Assembly: GCA_030390025.1 (NCBI GenBank)
Contig: CM059430.1
Span: 32,488,001 to 32,552,000 of the forward strand
DNA from: Squalus acanthias
Lineage: Eukaryota
DNA length: 64,000 nucleotides
Direction of reading: 5' to 3'
The notes below the pieces were generated by a model, which was given only the letters and a program-made list of their open reading frames with translations, made no database searches and was not told the DNA's origin. Numbering within the stretch: position 1 is the first letter of the stretch; each line of letters opens with the position of its first letter. Shown in pieces: positions 1-11,497 of the stretch. The translations under genes and the position numbers were made by a program.

Positions 1-24
1 ACTTCTCTTTTTCCCTCCTTGCAG

Positions 25-1289
25 GAGAAGAGAGCCCAGAACACATGGGAGAGACAGAGAACTAGAGGTGGCCACCCAGTCTTCACCCAACTAACACCAG
101 CAGAGGAGGGGGCTCTGGAAATCTCAGGAGTTGCAGAGATGTTGGTGGTGAGAGACAGAGAGAGGGGGACATCCCAGCAACCTGGTGACAGAATCACATC
201 TCATACAGCCACATGGTGACTGATGTCAGCAGCCAGTGAAATGCCATCATGTGCATAATGGTAACGTTACCCATTCTTAATGTAACACTACTAAATCATC
301 TCTTTACTCTCCCACAGGTCCATCAAGAGCCCCCCCCCCCCCCCCCCACTGTCCAGCATCTGGAGGAAGATGACTCCTCAGAGGAACCTCCAGCGTCTGA
401 GGGTGCAGCTTCAGCAGACCCAAGCGCACCCTGCACCAGCGTAGACCTTGGCGGGTCCTGTGCGCCATAAAGTAGAGTTGTCACCTGGTGTCTCACACAT
501 CACAAGTGAGCAAGCGAAGATGGTGTTGAGAGGGACAGCAGTGGAGACTCCTCGCCGGAGGGCGCAGGGTGCTCCAAGCTCTGCTGAGCTGCATGCAGAT
601 GCTGAGCCTCGAGGGCCAATGAGAAAGAGGGTGATCTTGGAGGAACAGCAACAATTGCATGAGGCTCTGGCATCTTTTGCCGCCGTGATGTCTGTAAATG
701 TGCAGAGAATGGAGGAGTCCATCTCCAACATGAGCACTACCATGTTGCAGGCGATGGCGATGATGTATGCTCCAATGGAAAGGATGGTGATTTGCATAGA
801 GCAGCAAATGCGCCAGACACATGAACATATGCTAGTTGTGGACCACAGATGGCAGATGCTCATAGACCTCCTCTGTAGGGGGAATGTAAACGTAGACTTG
901 GGTATTCATTGCCCTACTGATGTGCAGCAGAGTGCTTTCCAGCTCCTTGCTAGCAGGGAAGTGCGGGTGGCCCAGGAGAGCGATGATGTTGAGAGGGGAC
1001 ATGGAAGTGGGGGCTCTTCTCAAAGCGCTCCCACTTCTCCCCCGTTGCCTCCCCCTCAGTCAGAGCCCCACATGCTTCTCGGATCCCGATTGCCGTGTCT
1101 ACCCCTGCACAGTTGCAGGAGGAGCAGACTTTGGCGGGTCCATCGCAGGCTCTAAAACCCAGAGGACATCGGCCAAAAGTGTCTAGTGAGTCGCAGCAGG
1201 GAAGTGAGCAGCTTGCAACTAGCTCTGCTGAAGCCACAGGGGTTGTACTTCGTAGAAGCACTCGGAAAAGAAAAACAACACGAAAGTAG
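25..1289 (+). pseudogene. Harbinger accessory Myb/SANT-like (NAIF1/MSANTD-type) gene, 3' exons, frameshifted
   Basis: Acceptor ttgcag|G at 24/25. Exon encodes EKRAQNTWERQRTRGGHP..LTPAEE, typical of the C-terminal part of Harbinger Myb/SANT domains. Donor GT at 185, acceptor cccacag at 317. Acidic and coiled-coil segments follow, then a basic C-terminus RRSTRKRKTTRK* split across frames. Confidence 0.65.
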
Positions 1290-1935
1290 ATGCACACGAG
1301 TATGTACATGGGTGTAGGAAAAGTGTCAGTGTTAGGTTTCAGTTATTTTGATGACACACATAAATGTATTTCTTTGCACCACTTTCCGGTCTTGTCCATT
1401 TTTGCCTCAAACCTTGGAAGTAGCTTTGTCACTTGGAGTGAATGGTGAGACATTACTTAACATTGAGCATTGGGAGTTTGGGTGAGAGGAATGGCTTGGT
1501 CATTGTAGGGATGTTTTATGGTGTTGTTGGGGGGGCGGGGAGGGGGGGACTTAGTACAGCATGAGGCAGCCATGTGGCTGCAATGGAGCAAGTTAAGTAA
1601 ATTTGGCCATGATGAGGCCATCCCGGGTCTCCCAGCAGCAATGTGCGTCGCTGCTGGTGCCATCTCCACCTCGGATTCCTCCTCCTCCTCCTCCTCGTCT
1701 TCCACCTGCTCCTTATCTCCTCCTCCTCCGAAGAGGCTGTGCGCTCTGCACTTTGCCCCTCCAGCAGCTCCAATCCTCGCTGCTGCGCTATGTTGTGCAG
1801 CGCGCAGCAAATGACGATGATTCTGGAGACCCTGGTTGGTGCATATTGACTCCTCCAGATCTGTCAAGGCATCTGAAGCGCATCTTTAGCATGCCTATTG
1901 CTTGCTGTATGACAGATCTGCTGGACATGTTTTAA

Positions 1936-2172
1936 AAAATTATTTCATGGGATGTGGACGTCGCTGGCAAGGCCAGCATTTATTGCCCATCCCTAATTGC
2001 CCTTCAGAAGGTGGTCGTGAGCCCCCTTCTTGAACCGCTGCAGTCCGTGTGGTGAAGGTACTCCCACAGTGCTGTTAGGGAGGGAGTTCCAGGATTTTGA
2101 CCCAGTGACGATGAAGGAACAGTGATATACTTCCAAGTCAGGATGGTGTGTGACTCGGAGGGGAACTTGGAG
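1936..2172 (-). mobile_element. 5'-truncated LINE 3' end inserted into the transposase gene
   Basis: Encodes an RT C-terminal-like segment SKSWNSLPNS..LQRFKK. It interrupts the transposase between ..HYSESH and ..SRSVI. Boundaries approximate. Confidence 0.7.
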
Positions 2173-2947
2173 AACTGTGGCTCTCACTATAATGCTCCTT
2201 GGCCTCAGTACTTGGCATCTTCATGGGTGTCATGAGTCACATCTTCAGTGGATAGCCCTTGTCTCCAAGCAGCCAGCTGGTAAGTCTGTTTGGCGGTGTG
2301 AAGAGCTGAGGGAGGGTGGACTGGCGCAGCATGAAAGAGTCATGAAAGGTGCCAGGGAATCTGGTGCACACATGCATGATGATCTTTTTATGGTTGCAGA
2401 TGAGCTGCACATTGAGGGAGTGGAAGCCTTTGCGGTTCACAAACACTCCTGGGTGATGATGGGGTGCCTTTATGGCCACATGTGTGCAGTCGATAACGCC
2501 CTGCACCTGTGGGAAGTCAGCCAGAGCCGCAAAGCCCATCGTCCGCTCAGTAACACTGACTTCATCAGTGGAAAAGTTGATATAATTGGCTGACTTGTGA
2601 AACCTGGTATCGGTGACCTGTGTGATGCATCTGTGGGCGGCCGACTGTGAGATCCTGCAAATGTCTGCTGCAGATCCCTGGAAGGAGCCTGAGGCGAAGA
2701 CGTTGAGGGCGGTGGTGACTTTGACAGCCACTGGTAAGGTGTGTCCACCAGGACCTCTATGCAGAACGTCTTGTTCCAGTGAGCTACAAATGTCTGCGAC
2801 GACCTGGCGTGATAGCCTAAGCCTCCTTTGGCACTGCTGCTTCATTATGTTGAGGAAGCTCATCCTCTGCCTGTAAACCCTGTGTTGGGGGTATCGCCCT
2901 GCACTGAGCCCCTCTCTCCTGTGGAGCATCAGGTCGTTGAGGAGAAG

Positions 2948-3005
2948 GTTGCTGTTGTGGTTGCTGCTGCTGCTGCTGCTGCTGCTGTTGTGGCTGGTGT
3001 TGTTG
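2948..3005 (-). repeat. (CAG)n-rich tract encoding polyQ in the transposase N-terminus
   Basis: gctgctgctgctgctgctgctg on + strand; [22 protein letters not shown] in the ORF at 2817-3068. Confidence 0.9.
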
Positions 3006-3389
3006 ATGGTGGGGCTCATTTTGGTCCGATTCTGAGGACCAAGGTGAGACAGTATAAGCGGCACTCATGCTTATGTAGTAGATGGCAGGTAAAGTGGAGA
3101 TCAGAGGGACAATCCCTCAATGTTGTGATACTGAGTAGCAATGTGGTGAGAGTGGCTTCCGAGGTTTCAGAAATTACCTGCAAACTGCTGACACCTAAAT
3201 CTGTGGACAAAATCGAGTGAGCAAGAGCCTTTCCATGAGGCAAGTAATGAGGTGTAATGTGGGAGTATTTATGTGCTTTTCCCAGCTCTCAATGAATGGA
3301 CTCGCCAATGGCCACTGAGCTTCCACCTCCCCTTCACAGGTGAGGTACCCGAGCTGCGTGAATCCCGTGCTCCTGCAGTAAAACTCAAA

Positions 3390-4283
3390 GGGGTAGAAAT
3401 TAGGTCGCGCCCCATTTGGGGCGCAAATATCGTCCGGACGCAAATATTAGCGCCTGGCGCTAATTATCGGCACTGACTGGAAACTTCACTTTTACCGCCC
3501 CGGGAGGTGAGTGGAGCGCTAAAGCAGGCGCTGCACACCTCTCTTAAGGCGACAAGGCCGAGCAGTGAGGCGCTACCTCAGAGCGCTGGTGAAGCTCATG
3601 TAATGTCAGTCAGCAATGGAACACACACACAATGGCACGGGCCAGTTCTTAAAGGGGATGGTTAATCTTGCTTTCCATCCACATCCTGTTCATTGCAGCC
3701 TTGAATCTCGGCCTGGAGAGACTTGCACATCAAATGTGCTGGAAAGAACAATGGAGAGTACCACGCAAAGAGCTCAGAGTGCAGCTCCCACAGTCTCTGC
3801 TAAATCGATACAAGGAATGGCAAATCAGAATGAACCTGCAAAGTGCTGCTCAGTACCCAAAACTCCTTCACACAACGTTGAATCTCTCCAGAAGTCTCTC
3901 CCTCTCTCTCTCAGAATGCGTAGTTCAAAAATGCCACCAACAATAAAAGACAGGAAGAGGCCCCCTTTAAATAGCGCCCCCCCCCAGCCCCACAGCGATT
4001 GATAGCGTTCCAGTCTTCTGGTCGTTGGAAGCGCCAGGCGGTAAGGCAGGGGGCGCCACTCAATTTCCGCTACGGGGCGCCACAAGGGCGTTGCACCATG
4101 GAATGACGTTACAATCTGCGCGCGCAGGTGGTCGCAGCGGTAAGTTTTAGCGCCGCCGCACAATCTCAAGTTAAGTTCTCGAGCGGCGCAAACATCGCTG
4201 CACCCGGGCGTTAGCGGCTTTGCGCCCCATTAGCGCCCTCTTAAGGCGCTAACGGGAGGCGCAACCAAGTGAATTTTTACCCC
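3390..4283. mobile_element. Non-autonomous Harbinger-type element (MITE) nested in the larger Harbinger
   Basis: TIRs GGGGTAGAAATT (3390) and AATTTTTACCCC (to 4283), flanked by a 3-bp AAA duplication; many GGCGC/GCGCC subterminal motifs. Confidence 0.8.
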
Positions 4284-4635
4284 AAAAGCTGGTGTTGTAA
4301 CCCCTTATAAGGGTCTATCAACAAGCATTTAATGACTTCAATGAGGTCGCCCGCCTCTGCCGATCAGATCCGTGTCGCGCCTTCAAAGCCGCCCGAGTTA
4401 AATGCACAAGGCAACGGGATGACGGTGGGTTCCCGACGTGCTCGCAATTTCCGGGACTTTTACTGCTGACCCGCCCCCCAAACTCGCACGCTCGGTAACA
4501 GTAATATTCCGGCCCATGTCTCCATAATGGCTATTAGATCAAACCCATTTATTTCTCTCTGTTCTATTAATTCATCTATATTGATGCAAATGCTTCGCGC
4601 ATTCAGATATAGTAAGAAAAAAAGAAAGAAATGCT

Positions 4636-5090
4636 TGCATTTATATAGCGCCTTTCACGACCACCGGACGTCTCAAAGTGCTTTACAGCCAATGAAGTAA
4701 TTTTGAAGTGTAGTCACTGTTGTAATGTAGGAAACGCGGCAGCCAATTTGCACACAGCAAGCTCCCACAAACAGCAATGTGATAATGACCAGATAATCTG
4801 TTTTTGTTATATTGATTGAGGGATAAATATTGGCCGGGACACCAGGGATAACTCCCCTGCTCTTCTTCGAAATCATGCCATGGGATCTTTTACGTCCACC
4901 TGAGAGAGCAGACGGGGCCTTGGTTTAACATCTCATCCGAAAGACAGCATCTCCGACAGTGCAGCACTCCCTCAGCACTGCACTGGAGTGTCAGCTTAGA
5001 TTTTTGTGCTCAAGTCTCTGAAGTGTGACTTGAACCCACAACCTTCTGACTCAGAGGCGAGAGTGCTACCAACTGAGCAACTGAGCCACT
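4636..5090 (-). mobile_element. Near full-length DeuSINE (SacSINE1-like; tRNA head, Deu domain, L2-type tail)
   Basis: Minus strand begins GCTCAGTTGGTAGCACTCTCGCCTCTGAGTCAGAAGGTTGTGGGTTCAAGTC (A/B boxes). The central ..AAAGATCCCATGGCA..GAAGAAGAGCAGGGGAGTT.. segment and the end ..AAAGGCGCTATATAAATGCAAG were recognised from memory of the family. Confidence 0.8.
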
Positions 5091-5289
5091 GCCTTTAACT
5101 TTGACTTTTTTCTATTTTTCCCTGATGTCACTTTAGTCACTGCTGCTCTATTACCTTTGTTAAGATCTCTGTCCCTTCCTGACCCACTCTGCTTATTTTT
5201 AACCAAATCACTACTCTGCTCTACAGCATTAACATTTCTCTTACTGTTTTTGAATTTACCCTTTCCTGAATCCTCCCACCACCCCCCTT

Positions 5290-5780
5290 CATTAGTTTAA
5301 AGCCCTATCTACCGCCTTAGTTATGCAATTCGCCAGGCCACTGATCCCAGCCTGGTTTAAGTGGAGCCTGTCCCAATGGAACAGCCTCCTTTTTCCTCAG
5401 TACTGGTGCTAGTGCCTCATGAATTGAAACCCCTGCCTCCCACACCACTCTTCAGCCACGCATTTAACCTTCTAATCTGTTTGTCCCTGTGCCAATTTGC
5501 ATGTGGCTCAGGTAACAATCCACAGATTATTACCTTTGAGGTTCTGCGTTTTACTTTCGACCCTAGCTCCTCAAACTCTCTCAGCAGAACCTCATTCCTA
5601 GTTCTACCTATCTCGTTGTTTCCTACGTGGATCACGACAACGGGATCCTCCCCCTCCCACTCCAAGTTCTTCCCCAGCCGCGAGGAGATATCCTTAACCC
5701 TGGCACCAGGCAGGCAACACAACCTTCGGAACTCCCGGTTGCAGCTGCAGATAACAGTATCTATCCCATTCACCACCCTC
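5290..5780 (-). mobile_element. CR1 LINE ORF1 fragment (SGNH esterase domain)
   Basis: RRLCCLPGARVKDISSRL..VVVIHVGNNEIG..SKVIICGLLPEP..LNAWLK, matching CR1 ORF1 esterase motifs. Confidence 0.8.
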
Positions 5781-7229
5781 TATGTAAAGTAGTCAAGCCT
5801 AACTGTATGTGTACCTTCCCTCTTCTAAGCTTGGGCCCACGTTCCCTGTTCTAGATGTTGCGGCAATTTCAACTATATTATGAGGGATCAATTTATCCAT
5901 TCCTTTAAGAATCTTGAATAATTGAATATCTCCCAGAGCCTTCTCTTCTGCAGAGTAAACAATCCCAGGCTCTTCAACTTCTCTTCATAGCTCAGATGCC
6001 TTAAGCTATGTATCAGTTTGGTTGCCCTTTTCTGCACTGCCTGCAATGCCTGACTATCCTTGCTGTAGGAGAACCAGAGTCCTAGGCGTGACCACACCAG
6101 TGCATCGCACAGACTCATTATTTGTTCTCTATCCCTCTGGCTATACGTCCAAGATTCAGTTAGCTTTCCTTATTGCTGCCACACACTGCACTCTGTTAGT
6201 TTCAGTGAACAATCCACCAACAGCCCCAGATTCCTCTCCTGTGTTGTGTTTTATAGCCTAAAGCCATTGAGTTTATATTCCCATTGTTTAATTCCCCTCC
6301 CTATTCTCATTACTTTGCATTTGTCTACATTAAATGCTATTTGCCACTCATCCATTTACCTTCCTAACCTATCCAGATATTTGGTTTGCCTCCTCCTATT
6401 GTCTGAATTTGGTGTCATTTGAAAACGTACATGGCTTTGTTTCTATCTCTAGCTCCAAATCATTCATATTTATATTGTAAATAACAATGGATGATCGCTG
6501 ATCCTTGTGGCACCTCAGTTTGCCATATTGATGCAGCTCCAGTCACAACCATCTTTGCTTTTTCTGGTTTACCCAATTTTCAATCCACCTCTGAAGCTTG
6601 CCTCCTATTCCATGCCGTTCTGCCTTGTGGACTAATCACTCTGTGGCACGACATCAAAAACTTTGCTGAAATCTAAATGTACCGCATCCACAGGATATCT
6701 GTTGTCAACAAGTACCTTCATTTCTTGAAAAACTCTAGTGAATTTGTTAGGCAAGACCTCTCTCCCATAAATCCACGATGACGAACTCTTACCACTCCAC
6801 ATCTATCTAGCTGTTTCATTAGCCCCTCTTTCAAGATGCCTTCTAATACTTTACCTACAATAGATTATAGATTCACTGGCATGTAGCTTCCTGGGTTGTC
6901 CATATGCTCCTTTTTAAAGATTTTGGTGTTAGGTTAGCAGCTTTCCACTCCCTGGGCATTATCATTTCAAATGATTCCCTCAAAATAGTGGTAAGAATGT
7001 GGCCACTTTCACTAGCCACTTTTTTAAGCACCCTTATGTGAACTCCATTCGGACCTGGTGCATTTAACTTCCTCAGCCTATCAGTGACTGTCTTAGATTA
7101 AACATATATTTCTTTAACTGTTTCCTCTGTCACCCCTGCCCCCTCACCCCTTTCAACTTTCACGAACACACAAGAAAAATAATTAATTCAGCATATCTAT
7201 CCCTTGGTCACTTGATAGGTTTCTATGTT

Positions 7230-10200
7230 TCACCTGATTTGCTATGAAGTAATGTGAGGGTAGGAAAACATATAGGAAACAGAGCCATAACATAATTAGG
7301 TTCAATATAAAAATTGAAAAGGAAAGTAAACAGTCAAAGTTAAAAGCATCTGACTGAGAGAAAGGAAATTTTAATGAAATAAAAAGGAAACTAGCCCCAA
7401 AAAACTGGAAAGAAAAAAACAATGGGAATATTTCAAACAGGAGATGATTAGGCTACAAACTAGGCATAGTCCTATAAGAAGTAAAGGAGCATATCAAAAG
7501 CCTGAGTTAGAAACATAGAAACATAGAAGATAGGAGCAGGAGTAGGCCATTCGGCCCCTCGAGCCTGTTCCGCCATTTAATGAGATCATGGCTGATCATC
7601 CAAATTCAGTACCCTGTCCCTGCTTTCTCCCCATATCCCTTGATCCCTTTAGCCTTAAGAAATATATCTAACTCCTTCTTGAATATATTTAATGAATTGG
7701 CCTCAACTGCCTTGTGTGGTAGAGAATTCCACAGGTTCACCACTCTCTGGGTGAAGATATTTCTCCTCATCACAGTCCGAAATGGCTTACCCCTTATCCT
7801 TAGACTGTGACCCCTGGTTCTGGACTCCCCTGCCATCGGGAACATCCTTCCTGCATCTAGACTGTCTAGTCCTGTTAGAATTTTATAAGTTTCAATGAGA
7901 TCCCCTCTCATTCTTCTAAACTCTAGCGACTATAAGTCTAATCGACCCAATCTCTCTTCATACGTCATTCCTGCCATCCCAGGTATCAGTCTGGTGAATC
8001 TTCGCTGCACTCCCTCCATGGCAAGAACATCCTTCCTCAGATAAGGCGACCAAAACTGCACACAATACTCAAGGTGTGGTCTCACCAAGGCCCTGTACAA
8101 CTGCAGCAAGACATCCTTGCTTCTGTACTCGAATCCTCTCGCTATGAAGGCCAACATACCATTTGCCTTCTTAACCGCCTGCTGCACCTTCAGTGACTGG
8201 TGCACAAGGACACCCAGGTCTCGTTGCACTTCCCCTTTTCCCAATCTATTGCCGTTCAGATAATAATCTGTCTTCCTGTTGTTGCCACCAAAATGGATAA
8301 CCTCGCATTTATCCACATTATACTGCATCTGCCCAATCACCCAACCTGTCCAAATCATACTGGAGTTTCTCTGCATCCTCCTCACAGCACACACGCCCAC
8401 CCAGCTTTGTGTCATCTGCAAACTTGGAGATATTACATCTAGTTCCCTCATTTAGACCGTTTATATATATTGTGAATAACTGGGGTCCTAGCACTGATCC
8501 CTGCAGTACCCCACTAGTCACTGCCTGCCACTCGGAAAATGATCCGTTTATTCCAACTCTTTGCTTCCTGTCTGCCAACCAGTTCTCTATCCAAGATAGT
8601 ACCTTACCCACTAGCCCATGTGCCTTAACTTTACACGCTAATCTCTTATGCAGGACCTTATCAAAAGCCTTTTGGAAGTCCAAATACACCACATCCACTG
8701 GTTCTCCCTTATCTATTCTACCAGTTACATCCTCAAAAAGTTCCAGTAGTCAAGCATGATTTACCTTTTGTAAATCCATGTTGACTTTTTCCGATCCTGT
8801 CACTGTTTTCCAAGTGCTCTGCTATTACATCTTTTATAATGGACTCTAGCATTTTCCCCACTACCGATGTCAGGCTTACCGGTCTATAATTCCCCGTTTT
8901 CTCTCTACCACCTTTTTTAAATAGTGGGGTTACAGTAGCTATCCTCCAATCCATGGGAACTGTTCCAGAGTCTATAGAATTTTGGAAGATGACCAGCAAT
9001 GCATCTACTATTTCTAGGGCCACTTCCTGAAGTTATCAGGCCCTGGGGATTTATCGGCCTTCAATCCCTTCAATTTCCCTAACACCATTTCCCTACAAAT
9101 ACTGATTTCATTCAATTCCTCCCTCTCATTAGATCCTATGTTCCCTGACATCTCTGGGAGGTTATTTGTGTCCTCCTTTGTGAAGACAGAACCAAAGTAT
9201 GTATTGAATTGGTCTGCCATTTCTTTGTTGCCCATTATAAATTCCCCTGATTCTGGCTGCAAGGGACCTACACTTGACTTCACCAATCTTTTTCTCTTCA
9301 CATATCTATAGAAGCTTTTACAGTCAGTTTTTATGTTCTGTTCCCTGCAAGCTTACTCTCATAATCTATTTTGCCCCTCTTAATTAATCCCTTTGACCTC
9401 CTTTGCTGAATCCTAAACTGCTTCCTTGATGAATAGAGAAATTAAAATTAAAGTGAGACTTTAAAAAGAGGCACATGACAAATCTAGGGCCATTGATACA
9501 AAAGAAGATCAAGTCGAGCATCGAACTGCAGAGGGGAAGCAAACATCATTAGAAAGAATGAGGGGTAGGAAGCGAATAACAAAGAGAAATAATAAGAGAC
9601 ATCTGAGCACAAAAAAGTTTTTAAAAAGTTAAAGGAAGAATAGGTACAATTAGATATGAAAAAGGAAATCTTATGGAGAATGAAGTAATGACGGAGATGC
9701 CAAATGAGTACTTTGCCTTGATTTTCACAGAGGCTTCTGATAGTAGGAATGAAAATGTACAGGAGGGGGAGGAGATAGCATAACTATCAAAAAGGATGAA
9801 AAAGTTGCTGGAACTCAAGTGTGGAAAAGATACTGGGCTCTGATGGCATGCATCCTAGAATTCTGAGGGAAATCAGACAGAAAAGAGCAGACTCTGTACA
9901 AACAAACATCTTCGATATGAGGTTGTGCCAGAGGATTAGAGGATTCACAATGTAGCACCATTATTCAAAAAGGAAGAAAGGGAGAAACTGCAAAACTATA
10001 GACCAGTCAACCTAACATTGGTAGTAAGCTTCGAGGTGCTGTAATATCAGATAAAATGAATACTCAGTTAGAAAGACATGGGCTAATTAAGGCCAGCCTG
10101 CGTGGATTGTAAATGGCAAGCCATTTTTGATAAATTTAATAGAGTTCTTTGATTAAGAGTTAACAGTGTATTAATAAAGGAAATACTGTAAATGTTACTT

Positions 10201-11066
10201 ATATGGATTTTCAAAAAGTGTTGGAGAAGGGGCCATGGTAGGAGGCTTGTTGATAAAATTAAGGTGCACAGTACTCAAGGAAATGTGACAGCATGGATAG
10301 GAATTTCACTAAAGGACAGTAAACAAGAAACAGAGCGGTTAATGGATATTGTTCAGTTGTAAACAGTGGTGTTCCCCAGAGGTCAGTATTAGGACCATTG
10401 GTCTTTTCAAATGATTTGAACTTGGGTGGGGGGAGGCACAATATCAACATCTGCAGATGATGCAAACATATAAAGCCAAATAAAGTAATTAATTCTAGCC
10501 TATACAAATCAACTGGTTAGGCTACGGTTAAAATGTTGTATTCAATTTTGGACACCCTACTATAAGAAGGATGTCAAAGCCAATGAGATGGTATAAAACA
10601 CCTTTACTAGGATAATAGCAGGGATGAAAGACTTTGGTTATAAGACGAAATTGGAGAAACTAGTGATATTTTCACTGGAGCAGAGAAGGTTAACAGGAAA
10701 GCTGACAGAGGCATTCAAAATTATAAATTATTTTTATAAGATTAATAGGAGAAAACTATTTTCACTGATCAATGAGTTGCTAAGTAGAGAGCATAAATTT
10801 AAAATCATTGCAAAAGAAGGAAAGAAGACGGTATAAAAATGTATTTTTATGCCGAGGGTTGTTAGCACATGGAATGCACTACCAGAAAGCAGAATCCATA
10901 ATAGCTTTCAAAAGGGAAGTAGATAAATATTTGAAAAAGAACATTTTAAAGGGTATGGGAAAATGACAAAAGAATGGGACTAAATGGATACTTTTTCAGA
11001 CACCCGGCACAGGTCTGGTGGGCTCAATGGCCTCCTTCTGTGCTGCATAATTCCATGATTCTATGA
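7230..11066 (+). mobile_element. Decayed CR1 LINE (plus strand), interrupted at 7510-9427
   Basis: Plus-strand ORF2 remnants: NYRPVNLT at ~9995, MDFQKV at ~10204, SGVPQRSVLGP at ~10365 and FSLEQRRL at ~10670. Typical 3' end ..GGCCTCCTTCTGTGCTG..TTCCATGATTCTATGAT. Confidence 0.7.
7510..9427 (-). mobile_element. Younger 5'-truncated CR1 LINE (RT domain and 3' end)
   Basis: GNYRPVSLTSVVGKMLE, YLDFQKAFDKV, SGVLQGSVLGP, KFADDTKL, YRALVRPHLEYCVQFWSP and WNSLP; 3' (TTCTATGT)n tail at 7510-7529. Confidence 0.95.
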
Positions 11067-11260
11067 TATTTATAGAAATAGTTGACATTTCTTTAAATAT
11101 CCCCTACTATCCTAACCTCATTCTTATTTTCGCTCTTCTGACCAGTCTCTTAACCTCATTTACCTTGTTTTCATATTCATCTTAGTCTGCACTGCTACCT
11201 GTAGCTTTATACTTTGAGAACAATCCTATTTTTGCCCATGTTCCCCACAATAAAGAAATA

Positions 11261-11497
11261 ACTTCCATTTACATAGCAATTTATCACATCCTCAGAGCAT
11301 CCCAAAGTGCTTTACAACCAATGGATTATATTTGGAAGTGCAATCACTGTTGTTATGTAGTCAAGCACAGCAGCCTATTTGCGCATAAGATCCCACTAGC
11401 AAATGAGTGAATGATCAGATAATACACTTCAACAGTATTTCATTGGCTATAAAGAGCTTTTGGGATGTCTTGAGGTTGTGAAAGGCTCTATATAAAT
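11261..11497. mobile_element. Two DeuSINE 3'-tail fragments in inverted orientation
   Basis: Left part matches the 3' end of the SINE at 4636 on the minus strand. Right part (ACACTTCAA..TTTCATTGGCTATAAAG..GTGAAAGGCTCTATATAAAT) matches it on the plus strand. Confidence 0.6.

Larger units (their letters stand above)
1593..3068 (-). pseudogene. Harbinger DDE transposase (HARBI1-like), disrupted by frameshifts, a TGG>TGA stop and a LINE insertion
   Basis: Motifs [45 protein letters not shown] and (W>*)LMTP. After the insertion come RSVIQQAIGMLKMRFRCLDRSGG and IIVICCALHNIA, an acidic tail, and GLIMAKFT* at 1593. PolyQ N-terminus starts at ATG 3068. Confidence 0.9.
1..4515. mobile_element. Decayed autonomous-type Harbinger/PIF DNA transposon (left end outside window)
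   Basis: Convergent Myb/SANT-like gene (+) and HARBI1-like DDE transposase (-). GC-rich subterminal region ends in AATATTCCGGCCC at 4503-4515, i.e. a GGGCCGGAATATT TIR-like end. Confidence 0.85.

Noticed and set aside
2237-3064. Possible host HARBI1 gene
   Set aside because: Frameshifts, a premature stop, a LINE insertion, a linked Myb gene and a TIR indicate a transposon copy.
5020-5090. tRNA-like sequence on the minus strand
   Set aside because: It is the tRNA-derived head of the DeuSINE, not a tRNA gene.
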